A stretch of 51,628 nucleotides of DNA from positions 1-51,628 of the forward strand of contig CANGZM010000001.1 in assembly GCA_947458155.1 (NCBI GenBank), written 5' to 3'. Source of the DNA: Synechococcaceae cyanobacterium (GTDB lineage Bacteria; Cyanobacteriota; Cyanobacteriia; PCC-6307; Cyanobiaceae). The notes under the pieces were generated by a model. That model was not told the DNA's origin and did not search any database. It saw only the letters and a list, made by a program, of their open reading frames with translations. Positions 48,131 through 51,628 of this stretch are shown here, one piece after another (the stretch's first letter is position 1; each line of letters opens with the position of its first letter). Both the position numbers and the translations under genes were made by a program.

Positions 48131-48456
48131 TAACCCTTCAAGTTTCGCTTCGGCCTTTTATCTTCAGCAGCCATAAAAACTCTTATTACTCCGCCCCGAT
48201 CACATGTGTGCGCTGTTTCTGCGGGGAGAGGACAAGCCGACGCTGGGATGATCGGAGATGTAAAACTCCAGATTTTGCAACATTTCCGAACCAGTCCCCG
48301 CGAGTTTCTCGTTTTTATGGGTATATCCCCCCTTTTTTGATGTCTGATTTGATTTGGTTGTCTGTGAATCAGCCATGGCCCTCTTTCGATCGTGCTGGCA
48401 GCGGCGGTGAGGCGCTTGGATGGCCCGCCCCACCACCAATGACGGAGAAGGCTTGA

Positions 48457-49332
48457 TCAACGCCTGGCGCCGGCTGGCTTCTTGGCGTAGCTGGCCAGGT
48501 ACAGCTCACTGGCACTCATGCTTTGCAGGTTGGTCGGCTGGCCATTGCCATCGAACTCGGCGATCACCGTGGCGGGGCCGAGGCCACCGCGCTGGTTGAA
48601 CAGGAAGCTGAGCACCGGATGGGTGCGCAGCGATTCGATGTGATCGGCGGCATCGAGATTGCCGTGATCGCCCAGCAGCACATTGCCCTTGGAGTCGATT
48701 GGCTCCAGCAGGTCACGGCCAGCGCCGTCCTTGGTAAGGCGGAACTCACCGCCGACCTGGTGCTTGAAGATCTCAAAGAAGGAGCCGCGGTTGTCACCAC
48801 CGGCGCGGCCATCGGCATCGACGAACAATCGCTCCAGCAGGCGTTCCTTGCGCAGGTTCTGCACGTCCTGGAGCGCCTCGTCCCGTTCCTTGGCAGCGGC
48901 CTTCACTTTGCGGGCGGCGGCGGCCTCCAGCTGCAGTTCACGGCTGGCGATCTCGCGCTCCAGCTGCTCCTTCTGCCGCTCGGCCTCCTGAAGGCGCTCG
49001 TACTCGTCGGGGTTGATCTTGGAGAACTGGGCCAGCTGGCGCTTGATCGTGCGCAGCTCCCGCTCCAGCTGATTGGTCTTGCGCCGCTCCGCTTTGAGCG
49101 CATCGGATGGTTCGGGGCGAGAGGCCAGAGCTTCCTCGCCGGGCTCATCCAGGTGCTCATCCGGGTCGAGGTCGTCATCCTCATCGAGATCGTCATCCTC
49201 CAGCTCATCTGTCAGAGCAGGCGGCTCCTGATTGGGCCATTGCTGGGGCTGGGCGTAGCTGACGAGCTGCAGGCGTTCAGCGATCTGTTGCTGCTGGTCC
49301 TGGAGAAGGCGTTTGGTCATTGGTCCACCCAT
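48457..49332 (-). CDS. Putative capsid scaffolding protein (start uncertain, 49320-49398)
   Basis: Acidic N-terminus, ALKAERRKTNQLERELR coiled coil and HPVLSFLF..GG; lies between portal and capsid genes. Confidence 0.65.
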   Translation of the reverse strand: MGGPMTKRLLQDQQQQIAERLQLVSYAQPQQWPNQEPPALTDELEDDDLDEDDDLDPDEHLDEPGEEALASRPEPSDALKAERRKTNQLERELRTIKRQLAQFSKINPDEYERLQEAERQKEQLEREIASRELQLEAAAARKVKAAAKERDEALQDVQNLRKERLLERLFVDADGRAGGDNRGSFFEIFKHQVGGEFRLTKDGAGRDLLEPIDSKGNVLLGDHGNLDAADHIESLRTHPVLSFLFNQRGGLGPATVIAEFDGNGQPTNLQSMSASELYLASYAKKPAGARR

Positions 49333-49413
49333 CACGGCTGTGGTTGAAGCGAGCGCCCCATCCGGGCTGCGCTCACCCCATCTATTGCCAGCAACCATTT
49401 CCGGCCTGACCAG

Positions 49414-50508
49414 TCACGGCGCGACAGTTTGCGGCTCCAGCGGCAGGTCCAGATCCCACAGGTCATCAGCCGCTGTAATCCCCCGCAGGGGCGGCAGGTA
49501 GAGCCAGCCGCCGGCAGTCAGCAAGGTGGCCGGGCGAATCAGCGGTACCTGCAGCACCTGGCCCAGGTCCAGCGGATCGGAAGGCCGGATCGCCGGCACG
49601 TCAAGGCGCACACCAACCGTGAGCGGCTCACTGCGGGGCCAGCGCTCAAAATCAGGGTTGTAGAGCCGCAACCAGTCCACCGTGGTGTCGTACTGCACGG
49701 CCAGGGCCTTGAGCGTGTCGCCAGCCGTGGTGGTGTGGCCATTGGATCGCAGCAGCGACGGGTTTTGCTTGCGCAAGAAATCCACGGTGCTGCCGTGGCG
49801 GGCGGCCAGCAGGTTGAGGGTGTCTCCGGCCGCTGTGGTGATTGGCCCCTGCTGGGCCAAATCCGGATTCACCGCCCGCAACGTCTGGACGGTGGTGCCA
49901 TAGCGCTCGGCGAGCAATTTCAAGCTGTCGCCGGCCTCCAATACCAGCACCCGGTTGGGCTTGAGGGCAAAGCTGATCGCCTCCCCCAGCTCCGGCTGCA
50001 CCTGCAGCCCGATGCCACCAGGGCCATAAGCCTGGCCGATCATCAGCAAGCTGGCGCCCGCAAATACGGCGCGGGGACTGATCGGCAGCAGGCCCGGTGT
50101 TTGCAGCAGGGCCAAATCCCCCAGCCAGCACACCCCCTCGGCGGGCACCTGCACCGTGGATGGCCTTGGAGGCACCGTCGCTGGCGGCACCACAGGCGGC
50201 TGATAGGTGGCCCGCAGGCCCGGGGTCTGCCAGGCCTGATCGGCCGCCAGCCAATCCCACGGATTGGACTGGGCATTGGCTGGCGGCAGCAGGGCAGCGC
50301 GGGTGAGGAAGCCCTCGCAAAGGATGTCGCCGGTGTCGATGCCGGGGCCGTTATCGCGGCTGGAGATCAGCTTGGTTTGCTTGATCGAGCAGTCGATCAC
50401 CTGCCGGCAGAGCGTCACCGGAACCTTGGCGCCCGGATGGGCCTGCTGCTGAAGCATCAGGCGCACATTGGCGATCTCCTGCAGCGGCGAAACCGGTGTG
50501 GCCGTCAT
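49414..50508 (-). CDS. LysM-domain protein with three apparently nested LysM repeats
   Basis: Three GD(S/T)L..LA.......LR..NP half-repeats followed by three L..G..L..P strands; ATG 50508 overlaps the upstream stop. Confidence 0.85.
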   Translation of the reverse strand: MTATPVSPLQEIANVRLMLQQQAHPGAKVPVTLCRQVIDCSIKQTKLISSRDNGPGIDTGDILCEGFLTRAALLPPANAQSNPWDWLAADQAWQTPGLRATYQPPVVPPATVPPRPSTVQVPAEGVCWLGDLALLQTPGLLPISPRAVFAGASLLMIGQAYGPGGIGLQVQPELGEAISFALKPNRVLVLEAGDSLKLLAERYGTTVQTLRAVNPDLAQQGPITTAAGDTLNLLAARHGSTVDFLRKQNPSLLRSNGHTTTAGDTLKALAVQYDTTVDWLRLYNPDFERWPRSEPLTVGVRLDVPAIRPSDPLDLGQVLQVPLIRPATLLTAGGWLYLPPLRGITAADDLWDLDLPLEPQTVAP

Positions 50509-51029
50509 CAGGAGCGAATCATGGTGCCGGAGAACGGCGTCGGCGCCGGGGGGCACCAGGCGGCCAGGCCAGGAAGAATCAGCAGCAGGTTGGCCACATG
50601 AGAGCGCCGTTGGGCTCCGGAGCTGAGCTCATAGCTGTTGGCGGTGGGTTCGGCGTATTCCGTTGACACCTCCTCCAGCAGCAACTCGGTGGCGTACTCG
50701 ATTGCATCGATCTTCTTCTTGGGCAGCTCAGCCGGGATCGGCCCGGCGGCGGCCTTGCGGGTGGTCTTGATCACATAGGGCTCCACCGGCGTACCGCCAG
50801 CGGCCAGGCCCGCATCGAGGACAGCAATGGCATCCAGCGAGGCCTTGGCGGCGGGGATGGCCTCGGGGTAGCTGCGCTCCAGCTGGGCCATGGCGTCATT
50901 GATGGCCCGCAGGGCAGGGGCGGTGACGGGGATCAGCAGGGCGCGACGGATCGCTTCTAAATCCGTTGGGCGCCAAGCATTGGGATTGGGATTGGTATTG
51001 GTATTGGGATTGACAGATGGGACGCTCAT
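50508..51029 (-). CDS. Hypothetical head-associated protein
   Basis: 173 aa, coupled to the portal-like and LysM genes; NPNTNTNPNPN from a hexamer microrepeat. Confidence 0.65.
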   Translation of the reverse strand: MSVPSVNPNTNTNPNPNAWRPTDLEAIRRALLIPVTAPALRAINDAMAQLERSYPEAIPAAKASLDAIAVLDAGLAAGGTPVEPYVIKTTRKAAAGPIPAELPKKKIDAIEYATELLLEEVSTEYAEPTANSYELSSGAQRRSHVANLLLILPGLAAWCPPAPTPFSGTMIRS

Positions 51030-51628
51030 CAGCCTTGTTCCGGTGTGGGCACGGCAAACGATTCAGACGCCGAGCCGCTGATCGGGTTCACCACACCCGG
51101 AGCCGCCGCCAGTGAAAGCTGGTGGCGCAGCTCAGCGGTGCTGATCACTCCCCGTTCATGCAGCGTCAGCCACTCGCCCACCGTTGGCTGGGGCCGCAGC
51201 GGCGGGGTCAGCGGCGTCACGGTGAGCGCCAGGCCGGCCCCTGTCACCAGGCTGTCACCGGTGAGTGAGCACCAGTGCTCCAGCACCGTCGCAAAGACAG
51301 ACGTCTTCTGGGTGGCAAGGGATTGGAGAAGGGCGTAGGCCTGGCCCGCGGTGAGCGAAATCTCGGTGTCGCTGCGGCCGGCGCCCCGGTTCTGGGTTGG
51401 CACCAGCGCATCACGGCGCATGGTTTCATCCAGCAGAGTCAGGTAGGCGCGGTGCTCGGCGAGCGAGCGGGCGCGGATCTCCTTCCAGTTGAAGTCGGCC
51501 CCCTCGGGCAGGTCCATGAACGTGGAAGTGGAGAGCACCAGCTGCTCCGGGGCGCGGGCCTCGCCGTCCTCACTGCGCTGGAAGCCGTACTGATCCACCA
51601 GGCCGCTGCGCACCCCCACCGGCAGGGC
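51029..51628 (-). CDS. Portal-like protein (DUF4055-type), C-terminal part; continues past window end
   Basis: FMDLPEGADFNWKE, RSDTEISL and LHERGVISTAELRHQL resemble portal C-termini; head-module position. Confidence 0.55.
   Translation of the reverse strand, partial: ALPVGVRSGLVDQYGFQRSEDGEARAPEQLVLSTSTFMDLPEGADFNWKEIRARSLAEHRAYLTLLDETMRRDALVPTQNRGAGRSDTEISLTAGQAYALLQSLATQKTSVFATVLEHWCSLTGDSLVTGAGLALTVTPLTPPLRPQPTVGEWLTLHERGVISTAELRHQLSLAAAPGVVNPISGSASESFAVPTPEQG

Larger units (their letters stand above)
121..51628. mobile_element. tRNA-integrated prophage or phage-like island; right end outside window
   Basis: Integrase directly after tRNA 3' end, xis-like gene, primase, recombination genes, capsid/scaffold/portal genes, defence cargo; no host housekeeping gene and no second att copy seen. 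Confidence 0.85.

Noticed and set aside
48200-48460. 86-aa ORF upstream of brxE, considered as a BrxR/WYL regulator
   Set aside because: No HTH or WYL features; more likely the BREX promoter region
50979-51012. ATTGG(G/T) hexamer microsatellite
   Set aside because: In-frame low-complexity NPNT linker; length changes would not shift the frame

Overview
The window starts at an intron-less tRNA-Leu(UAA) and runs about 51 kb into a large integrated phage-like element that continues past the right edge. COP23 and pentapeptide genes plus high GC suggest a picocyanobacterial host (Synechococcus/Cyanobium-like; inference). (1) 0.1-9.6 kb: tyrosine integrase, excisionase-like HTH, Prim-Pol/DUF3987 replication protein followed by an iteron-like origin, AbiEi with a dead abiEii stub, an NYN/PIN RNase with a promoter-hairpin-terminator leader, and a SLOG + Gp157 + Rad52 module. 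(2) 10-20 kb: lower-GC cargo (pentapeptide protein, secreted hypotheticals, trypsin-like protease, COP23) with an intact IS5, a decayed IS5 and a decayed IS256. (3) 21-30 kb and 48.5-51.6 kb: minus-strand virion genes (portal, nested-LysM protein, scaffold, major capsid, cement-like protein, several fibre/decoration proteins), with no recognisable tail tube, sheath or tape measure in view. (4) 31-48 kb: an apparently complete BREX locus of non-canonical composition (brxE-brxA-brxB-brxC-pglX-[Schlafen/AlbA_2 gene]-pglZ-brxL) lying between the scaffold and capsid genes, next to a decayed ArdC anti-restriction gene. All family calls come from reading motifs by eye; no database searches were run.
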